A stretch of DNA of 64,000 bases from Laetmonice hystrix (taxonomy: Eukaryota): positions 30,876,001-30,940,000 of the forward strand of contig OZ249436.1 in the NCBI GenBank assembly GCA_965235115.1, written 5' to 3'. Of the stretch, positions 46,090 to 57,801 are shown in pieces; the first letter of the stretch is position 1, and the number at the start of each line of letters is the position of its first letter. The position numbers and the translations under genes were made by a program. The notes beneath the pieces were generated by a model. The model saw only the letters and a program-made list of their open reading frames with translations, was not told where the DNA came from and did not search any database.

Positions 46090-49087
46090 TTAAAGCGCGA
46101 AATTAAAATAAACATGATTTATCGAGTGTTTGGCGTATCATGAAAAAGACGCAGGCGGTTGTTCCAAAGCAAACCTAACGTTCAGACTTTCGCTGAGAAT
46201 TACTGAAGTGAGTCAAGTTGCATCGTTACGACCGTGTTGCTAAGGTTTGCTCAGTACCAATATTATTATCTTACAAATATCATTTATATTCTTGAGTGTA
46301 TGGCCTAGTTTTGATGTTTTGATTCTAAATCATGTAATAACCTCCACCCGACGAATCCACCTAATCTACCGTATCAGTAATTGTTATTTGAATTTAGGTA
46401 GTTGTCTTTCATACACACTTTTAATGAGTTTCAGGTTCGGTTTGCATGTTTTGATCATGACTTCTTTTTTTAAACTTGGCTGATCACACGCCTCAGCAGA
46501 ACTTGGTTCAGTCGGTAACTCGCAGAGCTGAGCTAATCGAGCACGATTTGAACAGAGCTTAGGTAATCGAAGTGATTTGGTACAAGTTGAAGGCAGTGAG
46601 CTGTGAGCGGTAAGGTGAAGGGTGGTGATTTCACCGCTAGCTCACTGCGTCAGTTTAATGACTGCATACTTCGCTGCCCTTAGAACACTCGCCATAGAGC
46701 CGTACCTGTTCACTCCCTGTTCAAGCCTGTAGTGTTCTTTCACCATCGCCGTTCAGGCGCCGATTACGGCGAATATGGCCTTAGCTAAGGTGATGGCGTT
46801 TTTAAAGCCGCTTTCGAAATCGATTTGTTCTTTATCGCTATAAAAAAATTGGTTTGATGCGGTGATTTTGAATAATTTAAACTTTAGAAAAAGCATTAAT
46901 AAGCCAGGGGGACCCCAGATGCCCCCACCCTTCCCCACCATAACAACATTGGTACATCGTTTAGTGCTAGACTTATAGACGTAGAAAGGTAAATCTTAGG
47001 AAAATATTGCGCATGTACTAACAAACGCGCCACTTGCCCACAATGTCTTCCAGTCACTGATACAAAAATATACGCAAAATATTTTTATGTCACTATAGAT
47101 CCAATTTGCTTCAAAATTATTGAAAGCTCTTCCAAGTGACGGCCAAAGTAAACGTGTTTTTGTGGAGAATAATCCGTGGATATTTCTCTTATATCCCTAA
47201 TTTTTCATTAATCTCATATCAACGCCCGTATTGGAATCCACGTGACAAGCTTCCCATTGTCCAATGACTAGAACTCCGTAAACTAGAACAAAGCTACTTA
47301 AAAGATGGAACACTTTTGTTCTTTTATAAAAGTTTCTACACAGCTATCCAACAATACGACCTTAATTCTCATTCCCATTGAGATGAATCCATAATTTCTA
47401 TATCACTCTGGGAATGCCCATCTAAACTGAGTCATTACGGACTGGCTATACTTGCAGCGACCTATTGTTTGATCAGCTGTTGTAGGGCGGTGGAGATTGG
47501 GAATTCCATGGTGATGTCGGAACCGCTAGGTCAGTTTCAGTCATGCTCGGTTCGCCACTGAGTCACACTTGGGTGGAGTCGACATTTCCAGCCTTGCTCG
47601 TTCCGGCCCGCCCGCCACCAGCCTGCATGGTTGACCACATGGTGGTGGTCGCCCAGTGGCCACCCTGGCTGGCTCCTGTCCGTTTCCACCGGACCCTGTC
47701 AATTATTCATCTTAATGACACCTCGTGTCACGCCGGTCTCGTGGCCGCGGCATTCCTGCAGTCCGGCGACACGCTCTGAACATGCTCCTCATTACAGGTG
47801 GCGCTGCACGACGGATTCCAACTCTCCCTGCATGGGCCTCGAATCTGTCAAATCCCTTTTAAGATCTTCGAGGGAGTTCATTCAACCTTGAGGCGGTGCT
47901 CCCGGGGACTGTATAAAATGTCTAAAGCGTGGGTCTTTAAATTATCGAATAGTTTGAGGTATGACTGTTGAATGATCTAAATTCTTACCACTTTCTTCAT
48001 CGTGTATTAATTCTGTTTTTTAAGATAGAAAAGAGGATTGTTATATTCGTGCAGGAACGTTTATACATGTACATTACAGGCCTACCATATCGAGGACAAT
48101 GGATGACTTGCGTTCCTCATCAATTAGCAGCGAGTGATTTTTTTAGGGTAGCTTAGCTACAACGACGGTATCGCTACTGTGGACGGGCAAAGTAACCGAG
48201 TTCCCTTTCAGCCTGATTTCAGTCATATTCACAGCGATAGGAACCATTTAGGGCCCTATGTTACCCCCGAGTCCCAGGGGGTGGGTGAGTGATGAGGAGG
48301 ATGAAGTGAGAAAGAAACCTGCCACCGGGAGGCAATCCCCTACTCTTTTCGAAAAACTGTAAGTGTACTTATATAGGGCCATTCGCACAGACACGGTTGT
48401 ACATAAGCCTTTGATGACCTAGTTGTGGAGCACTGGGGAGGGCCAGTGAGAAAAAAATCCTTTAAGATTAAATAACACATAAACTTGCAACAACATAAAA
48501 GGTTCTATTTAGAGAACATTTTTATCATTTATTGTAGGGACTATTTAATGTGCCTGTGAACAGGCCGTATTCCGTGTTTCCCACAATGCACTGGAAACAA
48601 CATGGCGGCTAAAACGCCAGTGAATTTATGTCTGTTGGATGTTGTTGCTGTTTGCACGAAAAACCGTGGCGGGGCAGCCCAGTTGGTGTTAGGAAATGGG
48701 AGGGTATAACCTCAGCAGCAAATCTATGTGAGAAGGTGTTGTCATCGACCACGACATGAAAACAGCAGAGAAATCTGCAACCTGCTTGAGGATTTGTGTG
48801 GTACCTTTCTCTAGTCCTTTCTGCATCGTAAGCAAGGTGGGGCGCTGAGAGGTGGGGAAACGATGCTTTTTCCATATCCTGTCGGTAAACTATCAATCAT
48901 TTCTGTGTCACTCTCCCACAAAGCTTGCAATATACACTTCTGTGTTTCTTTTAACGTTAGAGAGGGGGCAAACGTAGCCAGAACCTGTTCTAGTGATGCT
49001 TCAAAACTTTCAAACGATCCGCTGTCCGCTATTTTGACTGTTGGTTATTTGGTACTTTTTAATATTTTTCGCAAAGGGTCCCTTTAA

Positions 49088-49590
49088 AGAGGCATATTAT
49101 GAGGAAACGTGAAAAATCTGTATTTCAAAGAACTTTGGCTGTTTTCATAAAGAGATCCTTCATTACAGTTGCTTGGTAAACAAGGACAGACTTATCAGTT
49201 TCATTTTGCGTGAGAAATCGAAGTTTATGAAGCTCCCTTGCCCGCTTCTCTGCCGATTTCATAAAATATTTTTTGGGTGGCATTCTGATGCCAGACGATC
49301 AAGTGCAACTGCTGAATTGTTTCGAAGCACGCGACTACGCACATGCAGAGAGTGCACACGCAGGATGTGACGCAGTATGACGGGTTGATGTCTACCAAAT
49401 TATGGCGGGAGATGTGCTATCGGGAGAAATCTATGCGTTTAGTCGTATAGAACCTACTTGTGCTGCATACGCAGCGAAACACGTCAGAGGACGAAATGCT
49501 GTGGTAGAATTATTTACTTGGATCCCTAGTACACAGTCATGTTGGATAACTGCCGGAAATCCTCCAAAACGTGTTTCATAGTATGCCCCT
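49088..49590. mobile_element. Non-autonomous Kolobok-like DNA transposon
   Basis: TTAA on both flanks (49084-49087 and 49591-49594). TIRs AGAGGCATATTATGA and AGGGGCATACTATGA (13/15) with purine-purine termini, the Kolobok pattern rather than piggyBac CC termini. Confidence 0.75.
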
Positions 49591-50040
49591 TTAAGAGAAA
49601 GATGAACAGAAAAAAGTGGCCGTCAGATGATTCAAGCATGAGAATCGGAAATCGACGAAGACCAGACTGGCTTCCTGGAGGTCTCGATGTCCAGTGAAGC
49701 ATGGCCTTTCACTGGAGAGCCGTTCATAAACGTGTCTGATGTCACGTTTATTTGGCAGCGTGTCTCGCCACCACTGGTCGTGCCGCGGTGATTACTCTGG
49801 ACCATACAAAATTGAACAGCAGGATTCTATATTACTCTGCGTAAACAACTTGAGAGAAAAAGTACTTCAGTAGACCCTACAATCCGTATCAGTTACTGTA
49901 ATGTTAAATTAGTCGAGTGGTTGGAAAATAGAGAATTGGTTGGGAGAGAAACCTTTAGCTAGGTCTGTATAGGCTGGGGGTCTGATAACGGAACAAAATT
50001 ATGAAACATTTGATAAAGACGCAACCAGTGTTAGGTAGCT

Positions 50041-50155
50041 CTGGGGCCCGTCTCACAAAAGGCTGGTTAATAACAAGATCGTTAAGTTAACATAGGAGTG
50101 AATGGAAGGCTGCTGGTACGGGTTATTAACCAGCCTTTAGTGAGACGGGCCCCAG
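50041..50155. mobile_element. Palindromic MITE, PIF/Harbinger-like
   Basis: About 34-bp near-perfect inverted repeat ctggggcccgtctcacaaaaggctggttaataac ... gttattaaccagcctttagtgagacgggccccag. Same architecture as the 29623-29729 element. Confidence 0.8.
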
Positions 50156-52232
50156 AAAGGCAATAATATGCATGTACAAAATGTATTGTAATGGTTTGTC
50201 AAGTCCCCACGACAGAAAACCTTTCATTGAAAAATGTTTCTGTATAATTAAGTTTATTGATAGGGTACAATTAATTCATTTTGACATAAAATTATCGTTG
50301 GTTGCAGTGAAATAACTTCCACTAATCGTGTTTAGGAATGTCAGAATGACTGCACATCCGTAGTGTAAAGTTTGTGTACAACCGCCGAGCCCACATAAAG
50401 CCAAGATGTCCTGAGGCGAGTGACTTGTTGAGCTTACCCCTTGTGCTCAGCTCATCCATCTGCACTTGAAAACGGGTATTCGAACCAATGACAACTTTGG
50501 TGTGGATCGAAAAAAGTTCTATGTCCTCCGACCAGTATAGTGGAAATTGTAAAAGTTGCGGTGAACTTTCAGAGCGTGGAGCATTTTTTTGTCGTTAAAT
50601 GACGAGGCCCGCGGTGAAACGGCCTCAGCAGACCGTCTGCTCCGTGGCGCGCTGTGAGGGTTGCCATGGAACCCGAGCAGACGACCGTGAATTTCAATTG
50701 TTGGCGGGCTTTTACACGGGGATTTTCCTTCATGTGGTAACAGCTGTAAAGTCAGTAATTTAGCGCCAATCGTCGATGTATGTTAATCATACCCTTAGGC
50801 CCAGACCCATCGTCGACATGGAAACAATTTTGTGTGATATGGGCGTGTTTTGAAAATAATTCTGATGAGATTTGGTGTGAACTGTTAGCGGTTATGACGG
50901 GCATTAGGAATTCCATTAGCTTGTTACATTTTGTTAGGGGTTGTCTGCACTCCCGGACCTTCGACTCTCAATTGCACTCTGGCAGTTCACAGTGAATGGG
51001 TCTCCTGAAGCTTGCAGAAATTTCCATGAGTTCACTGGGTTTGGAGGCAGAGGGTGTGAACTGTACTTAAGAGCATCACCCGGTGCATTCTGGGTGCTCT
51101 TATTGTTGGCAAGTCCTTAATGGTATTCCTGCCTATTGAACACCGTGAACATAAGTCTTTTCTCTCCCCATCCCACTGCTGGAATGGCTTAACATCGCAA
51201 TAGCTTCACATTCGTATAGGTAATTAGCCCTTTAAAAAGTTGATAGTTTTCTATGGCGTATTGATTATCTATGTGGGTACAACACATACATGCAAACTTT
51301 CAAATAATTATATCAATACATGCACATTTCTATGTACTGCATGTGTATGTAGGGGTAAGAAAACTCCTGAAAGGTTTAAGGGCCAGAATGATTTTATAGC
51401 AATTCTTTGTATTCAGAAGTGTCAATGTCACCTCAAATATGGCAATTCCAGTATGCTCGTGGGATATCTTACGATTATTGGCCCTTTATTATTGGAATCT
51501 GTCACCAAGTGAAACTTACAGTGCGCTATGCTGCTGCCATGATGGCATGTTGATCTCTCAGTTGGGTAAATGCTGTTATCTGGATAATGTCTGTTGTAGG
51601 TAACAAATGTATCAACAATGGTTTCTTGGGGTTTCAAAGCCGCCTGTTTATTATTGTAAGGCAGGAGTGAGACAAAGGTTGGAATGGCTAAGGTAGTGCT
51701 GGACATCCTAGTGCGGTGCCAACCGTCTGGCTTGATATCAACATTAGCCGCCGCAAGAACACCACTCTCAGATCCAGGGGCCTCGACTTGCCTTCGTGAC
51801 TCATGGCGCGAGCTGGAAATCCTCCACTTTTTGCCACCACCTTCTGCCATTGTTATCGCAATATTCTTGAAATTGTATACCACTGAAAGTAAATGTCAGC
51901 ATTTCGAGGAGGTATTTTGTAGTATTCTCATGCAACTGCGGTAAAATAATGTTATTGTAACAATGAGAATGACTATTTAAGATATTTTTCTTCCTCAAGG
52001 CCATAGCGATTTATTTACTGCATAGAAATTGGCGCCCGTGCCATGCGGGTTTTCTCCTAGAACATTCCCTGGCCCGAGGATCCAGACCTGCCCATGACAA
52101 CACAGTTAACACAACAACATCGAACTTTATAGCCAAACAATATTTATAGTTTGACACTTGTCTTAGTTCATGTCCAATTAAAGTTTATTGATACTTGCAA
52201 AATACTTGAGGCCCGTGCCGCAGGGCATGCGC

Positions 52233-52270
52233 TGACCTATGACCCCTGGGCTGGAGAGGTCAGGAGGTCA
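52233..52270. promoter_or_regulatory. Paired DR1 and perfect DR2 nuclear-receptor elements
   Basis: TGACCT-a-TGACCC (DR1, 52233-52245) and AGGTCA-gg-AGGTCA (DR2, 52257-52270), 11 bp apart in a GC-rich block. Confidence 0.6.
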
Positions 52271-53563
52271 TTGTCTGGGAGGGAGGTACACGTGTCAGCC
52301 ACACTCTGGGAGCTCGGTGACCTCAGTGGTAGGAAACCCGAGGACGGCTCCCTGAGGGCCCGGCGGCCTGTCGGTGACAATCAGCCGCTGGCCGTGTAGG
52401 AAACCAGCCGTCCGACGGCCCGGGCCCAGGTGACCACCATCTTGATAGCCCCCTCCCCCACCAACCAACCCAACACCGTCTGGCCGCCTCGGAAACTGAT
52501 TGACGCGTTATCAGATAGCACAGTCTCCATTTCAACTATTGTTGGTGGATCAGAACTGTCTGGACGGAAGAGTATGTTGTAGGGATTTTTTTCCCCAGTA
52601 TCATTTGCACATTTTGTAAAATTTATAAGTTTGGATGTCGCATATCGTCCAGGTTTGCCCGGTTTAGTCTCTTCTGGCTTTTAGTTTTTTACTTATAGCT
52701 ACCTAAAAAAATAAAATCAATAGGATAATTTAATATAAGTATGGTTTCAGATTTTGTCTTCCTGTTCAGTAACCCAAAATGGAAAGTCGACGCAGAATTT
52801 TACTTTTTCCATTACACCCAAGATAAGAAAACCATTATGTCACAATTCACTTTTATTTATGTGTGAGCCATACAAGTTTCAAGGAACTTGGATGGAAATT
52901 TTTAAATGGAGCACCATCACATAAATTGGCCGAAATATAGCATAGTAACTCTTTCATAAATACAAGCTCTAGCTACTTTAACTCGAAACATACATCCATT
53001 TGACATGTGCAGCCAACCATTTTGAGCGGCCATTATTTCTAGGAGGATGGCCAGGAAATCGAGTGTAGTATTCTAGGAAGGTGAGTCAGCGCAGGGTGAC
53101 AAGTAGATGAAAGATACCATATGTTGATCAGTGTGACAAGGGGAGGTATGGGGGTATAGGAAGGTAGGTAATGCCCACACGTCGGCTGACTTCATGTTGG
53201 CAGGGAGCAGACCATAGCTATATTACCAATAGGACCTTTTGTTGCACTCAGCATGGTCCCTCACTCAGCCATGCTGGCAACTTCCGAATCTATCTGCATG
53301 TAAGCGTGCTGACACCACACGGGACAAAGGGTCACGGTCAACCCCAGACTGGAGAGGCTGCAAGATCATCAGCTGGTGCCAATTCTCTATTCAAATAAGT
53401 CGGATTTCTGTAAATCATTATAGACGTACTTGATAAAGCCGCACTATTCACAACAGAATCATGTCAATCAGACTGGGCTCAGTTAGTTGAAGGCCTAATG
53501 GACCAGTTAGTAGATAGTGGCCGCCTGCTTTCTTCAGGCAATATTTACACCCACCTGAACCCG

Positions 53564-53972
53564 TTCTAAAAATTACTGTGATAACCTCATCTCTCGATTA
53601 TTCTAAAAATTACTGTGATAACCTCATCTCTCTATTATTCTAAAAATTACTGTGATAACCGCATCTCTCTATTATTCTAAAAATTACTGTGATAACCTCA
53701 TCTCTCTATTATTCTAAAAATTACTGTGATAACCTCATCTCTCTATTATTCTAAAAATTACTGTGATAACCTCATCTCTCTATTATTCTAAAAATTACTG
53801 TGATAACCTCATCTCTCTATTATTCTAAAAATTACTGTGATAACCTCATCTCTCTATTATTCTAAAAATTACTGTGATAACCTCATCTCTCTATTATTCT
53901 AAAAATTACTGTGAAAACCTCATCTCTCTATTATTCTAAAAATTACTGTGATAACCTCATCTCTCTATTATT
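53564..53972. repeat. 37-bp minisatellite, about 11 copies
   Basis: Unit ttctaaaaattactgtgataacctcatctctctatta, nearly invariant. Confidence 0.97.
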
Positions 53973-55304
53973 ATTATGAATATGACGGTGACCACTATTA
54001 CCAAATGTCTTTTACATGTTTTAATCACTTGTACAATCATGGTGGCATGGTATCGATGACCAGATTACGGTTACATTTTGGGGAATCTTGGAAAAATGAG
54101 ATTATTATAAGGTAAATCAGAGCAGAGAAGAGTAGGGAGACAAACATGACTAGTAATATACGAGTCAGCTGGATTATCGGCGAAATCCATGCATGCATGC
54201 ATTAACAAAACATGACAATATGTTCTCTAAATTCCAAGAAAGTGACCATACCGTGGTCCCGTTTGGGGACAGAACTTGTGACAGCCAGGTGTGCATTGAC
54301 GGATGTGAGAAAAAGTTTGATTGAGTTTGTTAATGGATGTGTCCATAAAGAAGGTAACAGTCGTAGCAGAGATCCAGGACAAGGTGAGAGATGGTTGTTT
54401 ATATTGCTGTCTCTAATCTATGCCACACATTGATATGTTTCATCGGGATAGCTCTATCTGTTTTCATGCAGGGAGATATTTGAGTATAGAAATCGTTTTG
54501 TGTCAAGGTTGGTTTTCCGAGATGTTTAGATTAATAGTTTAATTAAAGTGCAACTGACATCACATAGGTAACTTTACTGATCTAGATAGATCACTTTGAG
54601 TTGTAGCTGTATCCCTGATAGGTTTTCTGAGAAGTCCTCTCAATTTAGAAAAATATTGAAAATTCGAATCTTGCGCCTCATCACAGTCTCACTCCTGCCT
54701 ATTCTTTACCATTGCGCCTGATGACGTCACTAGGGGAATTGGTCTTTAAAACGGGTTACACACAGACTGATCTAGAGGGATGCGTCCAAGGGAAATGCTT
54801 GAAGGCATGAAAAAAAACAACGCATTGGAGAAACTTTGAAGAAATTAGAAAATACAGACAAGATGAAAGAAAAGAAGCTAAAAGTTTGCTGGGTCAGTCA
54901 GTTGAGAGATCACTTACATGCAAGTTTAATGACCTCCCTCCCTTAGAACACACAACTCTCGGACAATGAGATGACCTGGAATTTGTAATTTGGGAAGATC
55001 GTTATCACTGAGGTTAACGTTTCAGTTCAAGCACGCCCCAAAAAAAGAGAAAAATTGATATTGAAATCAGACGGCTATATGAACACGCCTTTCTGATAAG
55101 TTGTGCCAATTAGTGAGTACTCGTATATCGGGATGTAATTGGACGGACTTGCTCGGATTCCTCCAATGATACTCTGTCTCAATAACGTCAGTTCCAGCCA
55201 AAACTTGAACAAAGTGGCTCATACACGTAGATGAGTCCATACAGAACGTGAGCTCGGACTGTTTGGTCATGGCCTGGCACTAACTCGAGAATAGAAACTG
55301 CCAA

Positions 55305-56522
55305 ACATTGACAGTAACTTGGTATAGATGAGAATGGGATCTTCTAAACTGACAGTAACTCGGTATAGATGAGAATGGGATCTTCTACACTGACAGTAAC
55401 TTGGTATAGATGAGAATGGGATCTTCTACAATGACAGTAACTTGGTATAGATGAGAATGGGATCTTCTACACTGACAGTAACTCGGTATCGATGAGAGTG
55501 GGATCTTCTACACTGACAGTAACTCGGTATAGATGAGAATGGGATCTTCTACACTGACAGTAACTCGGTATAGATGAGAATGGGATCTTCTACACTGACA
55601 GTAACTCGGTATAGATGAGAATGGGATCTTCTACACTGACAGTAACTCGGTATAGATGAGAATGGGATCTTCTACACTGACAGTAACTCGGTATAGATGA
55701 GAATGGGATCTTCTACACTGACAGTAACTCGGTATAGATGAGAATGGGATCTTCTACACTGACAGTAACTCGGTATAGATGAGAATGGGATCTTCTACAC
55801 TGACACTAACTCGGTATAGATGAGAATGGGATCTTCTACACTGACAGTAACTCGGTATAGATGAGAATGGGATCTTCTACACTGACAGTAACTCGGTATA
55901 GATGAGAATGGGATCTTCTACACTGACAGTAACTCGGTATAGATGAGAATGGGATCTTCTACACTGACAGTAACTTGGTATAGATGAGAATGGGATCTTT
56001 TACACTGACAGTAACTCGGTATAGATGAGAATGGGATCTTCTACACTGACAGTAACTTGGTATAGATGAGAATGGGATCTTCTACACTGACAGTAACTTG
56101 GTATAGATGAGAATGGGATCTTCTACACTGACAGTAACTCGGTATAGATGAGAATGGGATCTTTTACACTGACAGTAACTCGGTATAGATGAGAATGGGA
56201 TCTTCTACACTGACAGTAACTCGGTATAGATGAGAATGGGATCTTCTACACTGACAGTAACTCGGTATAGATGAGAATGGGATCTTCTACACTGACAGTA
56301 ACTCGGTATAGATGAGAATGGGATCTTCTACACTGACAGTAACTCGGTATAGATGAGAATGGGATCTTCTACACTGACAGTAACTCGGTATAGATGAGAA
56401 TGGGATCTTCTACACTGACAGTAACTCGGTATAGATGAGAATGGGATCTTCTACACTGACAGTAACTTGGTATAGATGAGAATGGGATCTTCTACACTGA
56501 CAGTAACTCGGTATAGATGAGA
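55305..56522. repeat. 41-bp minisatellite, about 30 copies
   Basis: Unit actgacagtaactcggtatagatgagaatgggatcttctac, head-to-tail with no spacers. Variants are mainly C/T (actcgg/acttgg, ttctac/ttttac). Confidence 0.98.
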
Positions 56523-57720
56523 CTAACTACACTAACTTGGTATCAGAATGACTGGAGGTAACCGGAGAAATGGCTGAGAGAGAATCGGATTGACTTTACG
56601 AGTGCCCAGGTGTTTATATTTGTGTAGGAGAACATCATATTGGTGGTGGCCATTGACACCACTCTTACACGCATATCAATTTGGCACGAATTCATCAGAA
56701 ATTGTCAGAATAAGTGTTGGGTGACTGATAATAGTTCTCACTTTCCCTCATATTCAGGACGATTGATTAATTAGAAAGATTAATATGTGGCTTACATTAA
56801 GTTTTAAAGGAGTATACTAACTCCTCTCCCCCCCCCCCCCCCAAAAAAAGTGTTTGATTTATAGGTTTTCCTTGCCTTGTCATTCCATCACACGTTCAAC
56901 CATGTAAAGTAAAACTATGATCGGGTAAGCAGATGTGTACTATTCCTTCTATAAATATCCCCCTTGTCGTTGTGGTCTCCAGATTCTATTTATTTTCTGT
57001 GGCCAAACCTTGATCAGCCGTCTCAATTAGCGGCTTGCCACCGACGTGACTAATCGATCGTGTACGGTCGACGTCCCACACGGAAAGTGTCAATGAACTC
57101 GTCACCTGGGCGGTAGCGGCAGCAGCTGTCAGAACGTCACACCCAGAGTCTGGGGCTGACCACTGAGGTGGAGAGGGTGGTGGGACGATTGGGTACCAGC
57201 CTGGGGACGTTGTTATGATGGCAACATCAGGGGAGGGAAGCCAGACCCGGTCGTCAATGTCGGTGTTAATACGTCACTGGGCACAAGTCAAGTGTCATAT
57301 CGCGTCCAGTCGTACCTCCTCATTCATACACGGGGACGATCTGCCATGGTGTCAGACTGTGATGTAGGGAAGTTCATTTAGTTTGGTTCATGTGCTCCTG
57401 CTGCGGCTCACGTGTATAGCCTGCTGTATACGGGCTTGGATAAGTTACAAAAAATGTGAATTACAAACATTTGTGTTTTAATTATTACAGATATAAATAC
57501 TGGCGTTATAACTTATTATACATGTATAGTGGCGTAATCAATGAATTCTCATTTGAAGGTAAGAAAAGTGTACGGCTATAGGAGACCGATCTCTCATGGG
57601 ACATAAAAAGTGTTTTTATAATTTTTTTTATATAAATATTTTTTGCCCCCTCCCATGCTGCAGCGATTTCATTTCGCCAGTCACCAGATGAACATGATTT
57701 GATTCCACCCGACTTGATCA

Positions 57721-57801
57721 TTTGATTCCTTGTGAGCGAGGCGGGATTGTTTGATACCCAGAGATCAAACCAGGGACGTGAGGCGGCACCGGTCTTTGAT
57801 C
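57721..57801. promoter_or_regulatory. TCF/LEF-like site cluster
   Basis: Four TTTGAT/ATCAAA cores within about 80 bp, including CTTTGATC at 57794. Homeodomain-type TAATTA and TTAATTG sites follow at about 57870-57900. Confidence 0.45.

Noticed and set aside
45588-46090. ORFs of 164 aa and 126 aa rich in Cys/His/Tyr
   Set aside because: Produced entirely by the 33-bp tandem repeat; no splice or start context supports coding.
47785-47958. AG/GT-bounded open segment (VALHDGFQLSLHGP...)
   Set aside because: No similarity to any family I recognise and no partner exons; likely chance within an enhancer-like block.
48300-48375. CCCCTACTCTTTTCGAA as a SINE fragment
   Set aside because: It resembles a repeat motif I recall from marine invertebrate genomes, but it is too short and cannot be verified without a repeat-library search.
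49650-49790. DQTGF word as LINE reverse transcriptase
   Set aside because: Only five residues match; flanking RT motifs are absent.
51428-51883. 151-aa minus-strand ORF starting MAEGGG
   Set aside because: No recognisable domain, no clear canonical donor, and no linked exons; cannot be supported as coding.
55305-56522. 41-bp array as a CRISPR array
   Set aside because: Units are head-to-tail with no unique spacers, there are no cas genes, and the context is eukaryotic.
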